DNA of 36,214 bases from a virus. Of this stretch, positions 8,894-17,377 are shown one piece after another. The notes beneath the pieces are model-generated. The model saw nothing but the letters and a program-made list of their open reading frames with translations, was not told the origin of the DNA and searched no databases. A program made the translations under genes and the position numbers. The stretch is taken from the IMG/VR virus record IMGVR_UViG_3300021426_000046, one strand, 5' to 3'. Every line of letters begins with the position of its first letter. Position 1 is the first letter of the stretch.

Positions 8894-9003
8894 TTTTTGT
8901 CTCCTTTCTCTTCACCCTTCTTATCCTTCTTGGCCGTATCAGCCTTGGCCTTGGTATTTTCCTGCTTGCCGTCCTGATACCGCTTGAATTCTTCTGGTGT
9001 CAT
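8890..9003 (-). CDS. Small Lys/Glu-rich ORF (37 aa) between the protease and capsid genes
   Basis: Below the track cutoff. RBS AAGGAGG plus 9 nt, then ATG at 9003. ATGA overlaps with both neighbours suggest translational coupling. Sequence MTPEEFKRYQDGKQENTKAKADTAKKDKKGEEKGDKK. Confidence 0.45.
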   Translation of the reverse strand: MTPEEFKRYQDGKQENTKAKADTAKKDKKGEEKGDKK

Positions 9004-9710
9004 AACTGACAGCCTCCTTTCATATTCAGGAGCCGCAAGTGCTCCCGTTCCACTTCCACAGCGGCTTTTGCCCTCTGCTCAGCCGCCCGCATTCCTGCGG
9101 GGATATTTCTGAACTGTGCCATAGTTTTCGAGTCAGCCTGTGCTGTTATCTCCACCGTTGGCACAGTGGAAATCTTATGAAAAGCCTCTGCTGCCTCAGC
9201 CCCGGTGAACCATTTTTCCATATCCATGTACTCAATGATTTGATCCCGGCTGATAGCTGCAGCCGCTTCGTAAACAGACAGCATAGCATCGTCCATAGAA
9301 CGGAGCATGCCCACCACATTCTCCAGCTCATTGACATTGCCCGCGGCACTTGTCCAGGCATGATGAATCATAAAGAACGCATTTTCCGGAATGATTACCT
9401 TATCCCCGGCCAGTGCTATGACGGAAGCCGCCGATGCCGCCAAACCATCTACATAGACAACCTTCTCTCCCTGATAACGGGAAAGCATATTGTAGATGGC
9501 CATACAGGCGCATACACTGCCGCCCGCAGAATTGATGTAGATATCCAGCGGGCCTGTCTGGCCGGACAGGAAATCCCTGATGCGTTCCGGGTATTGGTCT
9601 GTATTATCCCAAGCCCCCCACCAACTACTGACGATATCACCATAGAAATAGAGTTTCCCTCTATCCCCTTGCTTGGTGATGGTAGTGGCCTGTTCTATCG
9701 TTGTCTGCAT
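9000..9710 (-). CDS. Prohead maturation protease, ClpP (S14) family
   Basis: ..IYINSAGGSV..MAIYN....VDGLAASAASVIALAG..MIHHAW.. matches the ClpP Ser/His core. It lies between the portal and capsid genes. Confidence 0.9.
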   Translation of the reverse strand: MQTTIEQATTITKQGDRGKLYFYGDIVSSWWGAWDNTDQYPERIRDFLSGQTGPLDIYINSAGGSVCACMAIYNMLSRYQGEKVVYVDGLAASAASVIALAGDKVIIPENAFFMIHHAWTSAAGNVNELENVVGMLRSMDDAMLSVYEAAAAISRDQIIEYMDMEKWFTGAEAAEAFHKISTVPTVEITAQADSKTMAQFRNIPAGMRAAEQRAKAAVEVEREHLRLLNMKGGCQL

Positions 9711-10891
9711 TATTCGTCACCCCCTTCCATGGTTTTGCCATCTGTAACCTGAGCCGTATCCAAGCGCCGGATAGGTGTATCGCCGTCCTCGATGGGCCCA
9801 AGGTTCAATACCTTTCGCCACTCGTTCGGTGTCATACTGCCACGGTCCACCATCTGCACCAGATTCAGCTTATTGGCCATGCTGGCATATTGCAGGCTGG
9901 AAGTTTCAAAAACAATACGGTTCCCATGAGCGCGTTCTCGCCGGGAGAAAATCTTGCGGGTCAGTTCATGAGAAAACTGCGTAGCAAAAGGCTCAATCTC
10001 CGACTCGTAATAGGCGTTCCATTGGTCTTCATCATATTTCGATTGGACAATGGCCTCATTGGTGCCGAAGATGTTATAGATGCGGTTCAACGCCCTGTCC
10101 ATCTGCGCCGCATTCGGCAGTTTATCATCAGGGTGAATCTGCTCGGCATCAGCCTTGGTATCGACAGCGGCCACGCCAGTGCTGTTCTCTGACTGGTCAA
10201 GGAAGGCTTTGGCGAACATTTCCACCTGTCTCTTCTTATCCGGCTCAGCCAGAGGAGATTTGAACTTCAGCAGCCAACGGATAGTAGCGCTGTTCTTGAT
10301 GCTGGAAACCATGCCCTGGTCTGTGGCATTGATGACTTCCATCAACGGTTTGAGCATCTCCATATTGGAACTGCCAAACACATCATTCTCGCCATAATCC
10401 TGACGCAGGTGAATCACGTCCGAATAGTAGAAAGTCAGGACATGCCCGTTCTTCATGGTGAATTCCAGAAACAGTACACCGTTCTTGTCATACTTGGCCT
10501 GTACGCCTACCGCATTGATGGGATAGATTTCCCGGGCATAACCGCCCGCATCCCGCAGAATGAACGCAAAAGCATTATTGTTCAGCTTGAACTGGATAGC
10601 CAGCCGCTCCTGCATCATCTGCCCGGTCATATATGGATTAGGTTCTTCCAGCAAAACCCGCACATAAGAATCCGGATTGATAAGTGTCTCGCCTTTACTA
10701 TTTTCCCTGACCTGCTTCGGCACCAGCTTTCCCGCCGACTTATAAAACGGCCGCAGGCAGGCGCGGATAATATCGCTGCGGTAAAGGTCACCATTCCAGG
10801 AATAGAACCCATTACCTGTCGAACTGACCATGGCCAGCCGGGTTTCTTCCGGGCCGCCCAACCATGTCTTGATTTTATCGAAAATCCACAC
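9710..10891 (-). CDS. Portal protein (HK97 family)
   Basis: 393 aa directly after the large terminase. GTG start after AAGGAGGTGA. Sequence character is typical of HK97-type portals. Confidence 0.85.
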   Translation of the reverse strand: MWIFDKIKTWLGGPEETRLAMVSSTGNGFYSWNGDLYRSDIIRACLRPFYKSAGKLVPKQVRENSKGETLINPDSYVRVLLEEPNPYMTGQMMQERLAIQFKLNNNAFAFILRDAGGYAREIYPINAVGVQAKYDKNGVLFLEFTMKNGHVLTFYYSDVIHLRQDYGENDVFGSSNMEMLKPLMEVINATDQGMVSSIKNSATIRWLLKFKSPLAEPDKKRQVEMFAKAFLDQSENSTGVAAVDTKADAEQIHPDDKLPNAAQMDRALNRIYNIFGTNEAIVQSKYDEDQWNAYYESEIEPFATQFSHELTRKIFSRRERAHGNRIVFETSSLQYASMANKLNLVQMVDRGSMTPNEWRKVLNLGPIEDGDTPIRRLDTAQVTDGKTMEGGDE

Positions 10892-10894
10892 GCA

Positions 10895-12583
10895 TCACTC
10901 ACCTCCTTCTTCCACATGGTCATCTACCATGCTGATATATTCTTCCAAATGCCGGGTGTAGACCACATAAGCGTCCAAGAGGGCCGCAAAGCCATCAATA
11001 CGCCGCCGCTGGTTGTTGGTCTTGCACGGCTGGATATTCAGGTTCTTATCCACGTCGATGGCCACGTTGGACATGCACCATTTGAGTATCGGATTATTGT
11101 TATAGACAATATGGTTTGCCCGCAACTCTGCCGCCAGTTCCTTCATCGGATTGGACAATGTGACTTTACCCTGCCGGACTTCCTCCATAATTTCCCCGAA
11201 GGTTGCTTCCATGTCACTTTTCCAGTAAGGAGCGCCCCACGGATCATATCCAACCCATGTGATATAAAGGCCATGTTCTGCCTGCATCTCAGCAAACCAG
11301 GCAGTCACATCCTTATACTCGACACGATTACCAGGACATGCTCTGAGAATTCCTTGTTCCCGCCAAAGGTCATAGGGAATCTTATCCTCAGCCACCCGCT
11401 TTTCGATAAGTTCCTCCGGCATCCAGTACATCTGCAGCACATACAAATGATTGTCATGCTTGAGCCGATAGATGATAACCGCCGCCGTGAGGTCAGTGGT
11501 AGCAGACAGGTCAGCACCGCCGATAGCATAGCAGGGAGCCTGCTCCTCGATATCAAATACCGCCTTATTATTGAGTTCCTCAAATTCCAGCCAGGCTTCG
11601 CTGGAAGTCTCCCTGACATCAAAATCTTTGGTCAGCAAATTCTTGACCAGTTTTATATCTGCCTGAGCTTTTCGGACTTTATCTTCCAGCTGGTCAAGTT
11701 TCTTGATAGTCCCCAGCCCGGGGTTAGCTTTCGGCCAACATTCCGGCTGTGTCCATTCATTCCTTGTGTCCAATTCGTACACAATCGGCAGAACACGTTC
11801 ATCCTGCGGAAGATTCGGATCATCATAACCTTTGATGATATTGGCATACTCATCATACTTCTGGTCATATACTGCTTCACGGATAATCCCCGCTGTAGAA
11901 GTAATGAAAATCATAGGCTGTTCACGAGCGCTGGTACCATCAACGATAACATCATAAAGTTCCCGGCTTTTCCAGGCATGGATTTCATCCAGCAAAGCTC
12001 CATGAACGTTCAGGCCGTCCAACGTATCTGAGTCACTGCCCAAAGGTTTGAATGTACTGTCGTTGTAATCTGAATTCAACTCAGCCACCAACGGCTTTAT
12101 CTTGGAACGCAAGATTGGCGACTTATTCACCATGCGCTTAGCTTCCAGCCATATAATTTTGGCCTGGTCTTTTTTGGTGGCCGCTGCATAGATTTCCGCC
12201 CCTGGCTCTTGATCCGCAATCATCAAGTAGATGCCGATGGCTGCCGCCAAGGTGGACTTACCATTCTTACGAGCTACAATCAATGCCACTTCACGGAAAC
12301 GGCGTGTGCCGTCTATCTTGTGAATGAAGCCAAACATAGCCGCCACCAGCGCTTTCTGCCACAGCTCCAATATGAAAGGGCTGCCGCCCGCGGGGCCTTT
12401 GCTATGCTTGCAGAACCGTTCGATAAAAATTACGGCATGGTCTGCCCGGCGCTCATCGAATTCCCATGGGCATTCCATATCGCTCATATCGGCGACCAGC
12501 TTTCGATAAACCCGCTCAACCTTTTTGGATACCACCACCTCGCCAGAAACAATCTGTCCCAGGTATGCTCTCACATAATTCAT
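10895..12583 (-). CDS. terL: Terminase large subunit (Terminase_1 type)
   Basis: Walker A-like VARKNGKST. 562 aa. Lies between the small terminase and the portal. Confidence 0.9.
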   Translation of the reverse strand: MNYVRAYLGQIVSGEVVVSKKVERVYRKLVADMSDMECPWEFDERRADHAVIFIERFCKHSKGPAGGSPFILELWQKALVAAMFGFIHKIDGTRRFREVALIVARKNGKSTLAAAIGIYLMIADQEPGAEIYAAATKKDQAKIIWLEAKRMVNKSPILRSKIKPLVAELNSDYNDSTFKPLGSDSDTLDGLNVHGALLDEIHAWKSRELYDVIVDGTSAREQPMIFITSTAGIIREAVYDQKYDEYANIIKGYDDPNLPQDERVLPIVYELDTRNEWTQPECWPKANPGLGTIKKLDQLEDKVRKAQADIKLVKNLLTKDFDVRETSSEAWLEFEELNNKAVFDIEEQAPCYAIGGADLSATTDLTAAVIIYRLKHDNHLYVLQMYWMPEELIEKRVAEDKIPYDLWREQGILRACPGNRVEYKDVTAWFAEMQAEHGLYITWVGYDPWGAPYWKSDMEATFGEIMEEVRQGKVTLSNPMKELAAELRANHIVYNNNPILKWCMSNVAIDVDKNLNIQPCKTNNQRRRIDGFAALLDAYVVYTRHLEEYISMVDDHVEEGGE

Positions 12584-12590
12584 CTGCGCA

Positions 12591-12938
12591 TCACCTGTCC
12601 ATCACGAATTTATCAAACTCATCCACCTGGGGCGTTTCCTCATCCTCGGGGATAGAACTCAACAGCTGCTTCATCACAGCGGCATAGTTCTTGGCCATGG
12701 TATTGTAGATATCAACCTCAGGGCTTTTCTTGGTTCCCCACTGATTCTCACCATTCTGATATTTGCATACCGGACCGTCCCGATTGATAATCTCCTCCAA
12801 GTCTTCCAGTGTGATGCGCATAAAAGCAGCTCGATGCATCAACGGCTCATTGAATTTCTTTACAGTCGGCAACATAGCCGATAAATTCCGCCGGAGAGCC
12901 AAAAACGCTTTTCGAATTCGCTCCTCTTTGTCTGCCAT
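12591..12938 (-). CDS. terS: Terminase small subunit (P27 family-like)
   Basis: ~115 aa upstream of terL and downstream of the HNH gene. ATG at 12938 after GAAGGGGGG. Confidence 0.75.
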   Translation of the reverse strand: MADKEERIRKAFLALRRNLSAMLPTVKKFNEPLMHRAAFMRITLEDLEEIINRDGPVCKYQNGENQWGTKKSPEVDIYNTMAKNYAAVMKQLLSSIPEDEETPQVDEFDKFVMDR

Positions 12939-13000
12939 ACACCACACCCCCCTTCAAAGTTATGCTGTGCGTTTTTTGAACCTCTGGGCGCGGTGGAGCT

Positions 13001-13324
13001 TCAAAAACGCTCCACATTTTTGAACGGGGGGGATTGCATTCTGACCAGCTGCCCCGAACCGTCAAACTCCAAACCTTCTCTGACGCTTGCTGCTTTCGCA
13101 TGGATACGATTGTGACAGTCAATGCAGAGAGCCATGAGGTTATCCTGTCCCAGAGCAATGTCCGGATCACCGATATTCTCTGGTGTCAGCCATATTTTAT
13201 GATGAATGATTTTAGCCGGCCGCCCGCACTTTTCGCAGACTCCGTAATGGAGCTGCATTGCTAATTTCTGTGCCTGCTTCCAAGCAGCGCTGTGATAAAA
13301 CGCCTCAGCAAAATCTCTTGCCAA
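13001..13324 (-). CDS. HNH endonuclease (packaging-associated)
   Basis: CEKCG..HH...L....G......NL..LC..CHN..H motif. TTG start after GGGGATGG. The HNH-terS-terL arrangement is typical of cos-type HK97-like phages. Confidence 0.85.
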   Translation of the reverse strand: MARDFAEAFYHSAAWKQAQKLAMQLHYGVCEKCGRPAKIIHHKIWLTPENIGDPDIALGQDNLMALCIDCHNRIHAKAASVREGLEFDGSGQLVRMQSPPFKNVERF

Positions 13325-13354
13325 CTGTCTACCATCCCCAATCTCTTAACACGC

Positions 13355-13386
13355 AAAAAAGGCGCTGCCTTAATCGACAGTGCCTT
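13355..13386 (-). terminator. Rho-independent terminator upstream of the packaging/late genes
   Basis: On the minus strand: AAGGCACTG, a 10-nt loop, CAGCGCCTT, then TTTTGCG. The stem is 9 bp with 1 mismatch, and the T-run continues out of the stem. Confidence 0.6.
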
Positions 13387-13500
13387 GATTTTGGTCACAA
13401 TTTTTCCGTATTTTTAGTATAACATGGGAAAATCACGCCGTAAATATCACTTTTTTCAGCCTAAAAAGTATCACTTCCAGCCAACCGCTCGCTATGAAAA

Positions 13501-13692
13501 TTATTCCATTGCCAACATCCTATCCGCCCGTTTGGGGTCATCTTTGAGGATTTTAGCGAACTGCTTAATCTTCTCCCATTCCCCATCAGAAGCCCTCAGG
13601 GAACGCATACGCCTTTCGGTGCCATCAGCTGCGGCAGGTCTACGGCCAGCTCCTTCACGAGCGCCGCCCCATCCGTTTTTATTCTCACTCAT
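13501..13692 (-). CDS. Small basic protein (63 aa), possibly RHH/MobC-like DNA binding
   Basis: Strong RBS GGAGGGG plus 6 nt, then ATG at 13692. Sequence MSENKNGWGGAREGAGRRP...RMRSLRASDGEWEKIKQFAKIL. The in-frame upstream extension to 13884 has odd composition and only a TTG start. Confidence 0.6.
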   Translation of the reverse strand: MSENKNGWGGAREGAGRRPAAADGTERRMRSLRASDGEWEKIKQFAKILKDDPKRADRMLAME

Positions 13693-13930
13693 ACCTTGCC
13701 CCTCCATTTCGCATACCCGAATAAGCTCCACACGGCAATCAGGGAAATCAATATCCCCCAGTCTAAAATGTCGAAAGCTGCTACTGACTTGCCATGTAAT
13801 ACGCCGATACTCCCCAGCGTACAGATTAATACGAAAAGATTTATCTTTTTCATGTCTCCGAAACATGGTATAATTGAGGTGCAAGGAACCTCTTGCGAGG
13901 CTCCCTGCTTTGCTTAGAACTGGCTACCCA

Positions 13931-14020
13931 TCATCCTTTGATTGTCTTGATTAGGACAATCACCGTGAGAAGGTTTACGATGATGTTGGTGGCCTTTTCT
14001 GCTACCTCAAGGTATTCCAA
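13931..14020 (-). CDS. Candidate 29-aa hydrophobic peptide (MEYLEVAEKATNIIVNLLTVIVLIKTIKG)
   Basis: TTG at 14020 lies 8 nt after AAAGGAAAGGGGG and ~26 nt downstream of the consensus promoter at 14053-14081. One predicted transmembrane helix. Below the track cutoff. Confidence 0.35.
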   Translation of the reverse strand: MEYLEVAEKATNIIVNLLTVIVLIKTIKG

Positions 14021-14052
14021 GTTTCTTTCCCCCTTTCCTTTAGCTTGATTTA

Positions 14053-14081
14053 ATTATATCATTTCTATCTTGTTTTGTCAA
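14053..14081 (-). promoter_or_regulatory. Perfect consensus sigma-70-type promoter (TTGACA, 17 nt, TATAAT)
   Basis: The minus strand reads cgtaTTGACAaaacaagatagaaatgaTATAATtaaatc. The -35 is at 14076-14081 and the -10 at 14053-14058. Confidence 0.65.
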
Positions 14082-14125
14082 TACGTTTATCAAGATATTA
14101 TACAATTAATTTGCCCGTAAGCCCC

Positions 14126-14359
14126 TTATTCTTCAAGGCTTGCGGGCTTTTTCGTCTTCGTTTCCGGTCGTTCAGCTACTTTGATTTCTGTGATTACCGG
14201 CCTTGGGTTCCGTGGTTTCCTGTCCATATACTCGCGCTTGATTTTCACAGCGGCCTTTATCCGTGCCTCTTCCATATCCTTAGCCCATACGCCGATAGTA
14301 TAACGGTTAGTCAGACCAATCGTGGCATAATATAGCTTCTCTTCTTGCTCACTCAACAA
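14126..14359 (-). CDS. Hypothetical protein (77 aa)
   Basis: ORF in the early operon. TTG start overlaps the upstream stop. Lys/Glu-rich. No motif recognised. Confidence 0.5.
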   Translation of the reverse strand: MLSEQEEKLYYATIGLTNRYTIGVWAKDMEEARIKAAVKIKREYMDRKPRNPRPVITEIKVAERPETKTKKPASLEE

Positions 14360-14537
14360 GAAACACCTCTCTGTGGTTATGCCCTTTGCAACGTTTCCTA
14401 TGGGCTGGAGATGTCATGTACCGGACCGTTTCCACGGTTATCCCCATTTCCTTGGCAATTTCTTTAATCGTTCCCATGGCCAGTAACTCGTCCCCTTTAT
14501 ACATGGCATAAATTCCAGGTTTCCTGCCTGCAGCCAT
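14349..14537 (-). CDS. Small putative HTH DNA-binding protein (62 aa)
   Basis: GTIKEIAKEMGITVETVRYM resembles a helix-turn-helix. ATG start. Confidence 0.55.
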   Translation of the reverse strand: MAAGRKPGIYAMYKGDELLAMGTIKEIAKEMGITVETVRYMTSPAHRKRCKGHNHREVFLVE

Positions 14538-14552
14538 TTTCCTTCACCCCCA

Positions 14553-15056
14553 CTACATCATTGTCCTTCGCATCCATTTTCGTGCAGCTATTACATTTGA
14601 ATCATTCATGCCTGCCGCTATCGCTTTGGCCATATATTCCCGTTGTTTAGCCAGGTGTTCTTCACAAAAATAATATCCTGGCACGGCAGGCTTTGAGCAC
14701 CGCCGGCAGATATGCAGCTCTTGTCTCAGACCATGGGGTAATGTTCTCCCACTAGAATGTCTCCTTGCCAAAGTTCTTCGATTATCCCTCAAAGCGCATT
14801 CCAGACATTGCACTTTCCCTGGACGTGCTGGACGGCCACAACGGCACAATCCTTTCTCTTTCATCCGGCGATTCCACTCTTTTTGTTCTCTATTTATTTC
14901 ATCGCGCTTTGCCGCTCTACGTTCAGCAGCACGGATACGGCTTTTTTCAGCACATTCAGGGCAAAGGGTTCTTCCTGGCACAGTTTCCTCCTTACGGCAT
15001 TGCGTACATATGTTATGGGCTTTGTACCACCAATATAGTCTCCCCATAGCCATCAT
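14553..15056 (-). CDS. Protein with three zinc-ribbon repeats
   Basis: CTQC-x11-CPEC, CRC-x10-CLEC and CRRC-x10-CEEH. The start is placed at the ATG cluster 15047-15056 after AGGAG. The longer track ORF overlaps the upstream gene. Confidence 0.6.
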   Translation of the reverse strand: MMAMGRLYWWYKAHNICTQCRKEETVPGRTLCPECAEKSRIRAAERRAAKRDEINREQKEWNRRMKEKGLCRCGRPARPGKVQCLECALRDNRRTLARRHSSGRTLPHGLRQELHICRRCSKPAVPGYYFCEEHLAKQREYMAKAIAAGMNDSNVIAARKWMRRTMM

Positions 15057-15141
15057 CTCCTGTATAATAACTTGCCTACAACTTGCTACCGGCATTAATG
15101 TCGGTCGCAAAGCCGCATCGTTACTGCCATTTTTAACTTGC

Positions 15142-15330
15142 CTACAATTTTTGCTTATCTTTTCTTCTATAATCTGCCAATTCAAGTAATGCCCAAAAGG
15201 TACAAAAAGATATTGCTTTTTCTGTATCATTCAAATCCATAAACTTCATTTTGAATGCAGTTACATCCATAAGATTTTCTAAAGCGTCATCAGGTAGTCT
15301 GTCCTTTTGGGCTAATTTATTCTTTGCCAT
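15142..15330 (-). CDS. Hypothetical protein (62 aa)
   Basis: RBS GGAGAA plus 8 nt, then ATG. Confidence 0.55.
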   Translation of the reverse strand: MAKNKLAQKDRLPDDALENLMDVTAFKMKFMDLNDTEKAISFCTFWALLELADYRRKDKQKL

Positions 15331-15372
15331 ATTCTACATTCTCCACGACTGCCCACCGTATCGCTCTTTTAT

Positions 15373-15711
15373 TCATATTCTCCACCCCGCCGAACGTGCT
15401 AATAGCTTAGCGATGGCATTTTGGCATCGTTCTTCACTTACTTCACCACCATTCATACCACACCAGCCAAAAGTCACGCACATATCACAGACCTCAACAT
15501 TATCATAGATTTTCTTGGCCAAGCCTTCCAATTCATTTATCACATCAGGTGGTATTGGAAAATTTTTAGTAGTTCTTCGCTGGTGCAATTCGACCAACAT
15601 TTCAATTAAATCTTTTATATCCTGCCGGGTAACTTCTCCATGATGTTCTTGTTCTATAGGATAATCTTCAAATCCAGACTCTAAGTGAATTATCCATTCG
15701 CCAAGTGTCAT
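15373..15711 (-). CDS. Hypothetical protein (112 aa)
   Basis: RBS GGAGGAAAA plus 5 nt, then ATG, overlapping the upstream stop. Confidence 0.6.
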   Translation of the reverse strand: MTLGEWIIHLESGFEDYPIEQEHHGEVTRQDIKDLIEMLVELHQRRTTKNFPIPPDVINELEGLAKKIYDNVEVCDMCVTFGWCGMNGGEVSEERCQNAIAKLLARSAGWRI

Positions 15712-15857
15712 TTATATTTTCCTCCATTATCTAACAATAGTGCCATAGCAAAAGCCTTTCTACGTCTGCGGCGCCCGTCACCAGCATAGCCCCGCAATTT
15801 ATCAAATATATTCCGTTCAATTCGAATAGCAGCTTTATTGTGGTATCTTTTAATCAT
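15708..15857 (-). CDS. Small RHH-like protein (49 aa)
   Basis: Strong RBS AAGGAGGG plus 7 nt, then ATG at 15857. Sequence MIKRYHNKAAIRIERNIFDKLRGYA.. has an Arc/CopG-like beta-strand plus helix pattern. Confidence 0.5.
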   Translation of the reverse strand: MIKRYHNKAAIRIERNIFDKLRGYAGDGRRRRRKAFAMALLLDNGGKYK

Positions 15858-15927
15858 TACTGCGCCCTCCTTATACTCCATCATCATCCGCCCGCCTAAC
15901 CTCGCAGAATTGTTCGAAAACCTCTCA

Positions 15928-16067
15928 AACGATTTACCCATCTAAAATAAAGGCTTCATGGCTATTTTCGAACGATTTACCTCTCAATTTTAACGATTAC
16001 TTCGCAACTCCCTCTAACTGGCGCATCATCTACGCCATCAATCAAAACAATCCATGAACGATTCATG
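15928..16067. repeat. Four copies of AACGATT(T)AC-like motif in a 230-bp intergenic region
   Basis: aacgatttacc at 15928 and 15971, aacgattactt at 15992, and aacgattcatg at 16057. The last lies inside the palindrome ccatgaa-cga-ttcatgg (16051-16067). Confidence 0.6.
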
Positions 16068-16087
16068 GCCATCCGGGTATTTTATCT

Positions 16088-16267
16088 TCAACCGTCCTTC
16101 ATCCGATGCACAATATTATGCGGTCGAGTCGCTTGTTCGTAGTAGCCACGCATGCACTTCACTTGTCCGGAGCATTCTTTCACCGGTTCAATTTTATTGC
16201 CATAGCGCCGCTGTAATAATTCTTCCAATTCAGCTTTGTCCATCTTTGTGGTCATGCATTCGGTCAT
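16088..16267 (-). CDS. Hypothetical protein (59 aa)
   Basis: RBS GGAGGG plus 6 nt, then ATG at 16267. Confidence 0.5.
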   Translation of the reverse strand: MTECMTTKMDKAELEELLQRRYGNKIEPVKECSGQVKCMRGYYEQATRPHNIVHRMKDG

Positions 16268-16284
16268 GTTTATCCCTCCGAATT

Positions 16285-16482
16285 TTATGTTCTCCACGAC
16301 TGCCCGCCGTCAAAGTTCACTCTGCCTCTGTAGTTTATCGCCCTATCATTGTCCACAGCCCCATAACAGCACAGACAAATCTTGATGCCCTTCTCGCGCT
16401 TTACGTAGCAGTGGCAATACGACCAAGCGTGAATGATGCCGCCCGCTTGGTCGGTCGTGACCAGTATGCTTTTCTTCTCCAT
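16285..16482 (-). CDS. Hypothetical Cys-rich protein (65 aa)
   Basis: ORF in the operon context. Weak RBS. Confidence 0.4.
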   Translation of the reverse strand: MEKKSILVTTDQAGGIIHAWSYCHCYVKREKGIKICLCCYGAVDNDRAINYRGRVNFDGGQSWRT

Positions 16483-16486
16483 TCCA

Positions 16487-16696
16487 TCACGACACTTTCC
16501 TCATCCGCTTTTTGCCCGCATATTCAGTCAGGTCATTTTCTGCTGCCTCCGGATTGTCACGCCATGGCAAGGTTCTCACACAATGCCAGCCGCTGCTCCC
16601 CGTTTTGTTATATCTGGCTTTGAACTGCTCATGTCCCAGCCCTGGCATTACTTTATAACGCCAGCCCCTCGAATCTTCCCAAACACAATTATCCAT
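16487..16696 (-). CDS. Hypothetical protein (69 aa)
   Basis: RBS AAAGGAG plus 9 nt, then ATG. Confidence 0.55.
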   Translation of the reverse strand: MDNCVWEDSRGWRYKVMPGLGHEQFKARYNKTGSSGWHCVRTLPWRDNPEAAENDLTEYAGKKRMRKVS

Positions 16697-16709
16697 AACC
16701 TTTCGCTCC

Positions 16710-16738
16710 TTTACTTACGTATTATTACGTAGTATAAT
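16710..16738 (+). promoter_or_regulatory. hicAB promoter with two TACGTA boxes in the spacer
   Basis: TTTACT (16710-15), a 17-nt spacer tacgtattattacgtag, then TATAAT (16733-38). It lies 22 nt upstream of the hicA ATG. Confidence 0.6.
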
Positions 16739-16760
16739 AATCATAGAGGTGAGTTTGTAC

Positions 16761-16952
16761 ATGCCCATGACCCCCAAAGAAATGATTCAGATTTTGAAGC
16801 AAAACGGTTTCCAATACGTCAAAAGCAACAATGGCTCTCATCAAAAGTATTTCAATCCTGTCACAAACGTAACAGTTTCCATTCCAGTACATTGCCGCGA
16901 CCTAAAGAAAGGACTGGAGCAGGCAATTCTAAAACAGGCCGGGCTCAAATAA
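16761..16952 (+). CDS. hicA: HicA-family mRNA interferase toxin
   Basis: 63 aa. KEMIQILKQNGF....GSH.KY........V.IP.H..DLKKG....ILKQAGL is the HicA signature. RBS GAGGTGA plus 8 nt, then ATG at 16761. Confidence 0.85.
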   Translation: MPMTPKEMIQILKQNGFQYVKSNNGSHQKYFNPVTNVTVSIPVHCRDLKKGLEQAILKQAGLK

Positions 16953-16978
16953 GATAAATTCATGGAGGTGTAAATATT

Positions 16979-17368
16979 ATGAGCACTAAGTTTTTCTATC
17001 CTGCCATTTTTGAACCTGAAGATATTGGCTTTTCTGTCTATGTACCGGACATTGCTGGTTGCATGACACAGGGCGACACCTTGGATGAGGCCCTCGACAT
17101 GGTTCAGGATGCCATTGGCTTAATGCTTGAAGGGTTAGACGAGCAAGCGTACCCTGTGCCGTCTTCGCCTTCTGATATTGCCCATGAAGGCAAAAGCTTT
17201 GTTATGATGGTTCCCTTCGACAAATTGGCCTATGATAAAAAGTATAATTCAAAATCCGTCAAGAAAACTCTTTCCATCCCTGCTTGGCTAAATAACATGG
17301 CCATAAAGAAAAACCTCAATTTTTCCAACATCTTACAGAATGCACTGATGCGCGAATTGAATGTTTAG
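16979..17368 (+). CDS. hicB: HicB-family antitoxin
   Basis: YPAIFEPEDIGFSVYVPDIAGCMTQGDTLDEALDMVQDAI is a typical HicB N-domain. The C-terminal KKTLSIPAWLNNMA.. is RHH-like. Confidence 0.85.
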   Translation: MSTKFFYPAIFEPEDIGFSVYVPDIAGCMTQGDTLDEALDMVQDAIGLMLEGLDEQAYPVPSSPSDIAHEGKSFVMMVPFDKLAYDKKYNSKSVKKTLSIPAWLNNMAIKKNLNFSNILQNALMRELNV

Positions 17369-17377
17369 CATAACCTT

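Noticed and set aside
13693-13884. An in-frame N-terminal extension giving the 127-aa track ORF 13501..13884.
   Set aside because: The upstream part starts with TTG and has Arg/Phe/His-rich composition, whereas the internal ATG at 13692 has an excellent RBS. It is kept as an alternative only.
14115-14149. A hairpin cccgtaagcc/ggcttgcggg around the stop of gene 14126..14359.
   Set aside because: There is no T-run on the minus strand. The plus-strand T-run lies inside coding sequence. It is not convincing as a terminator.
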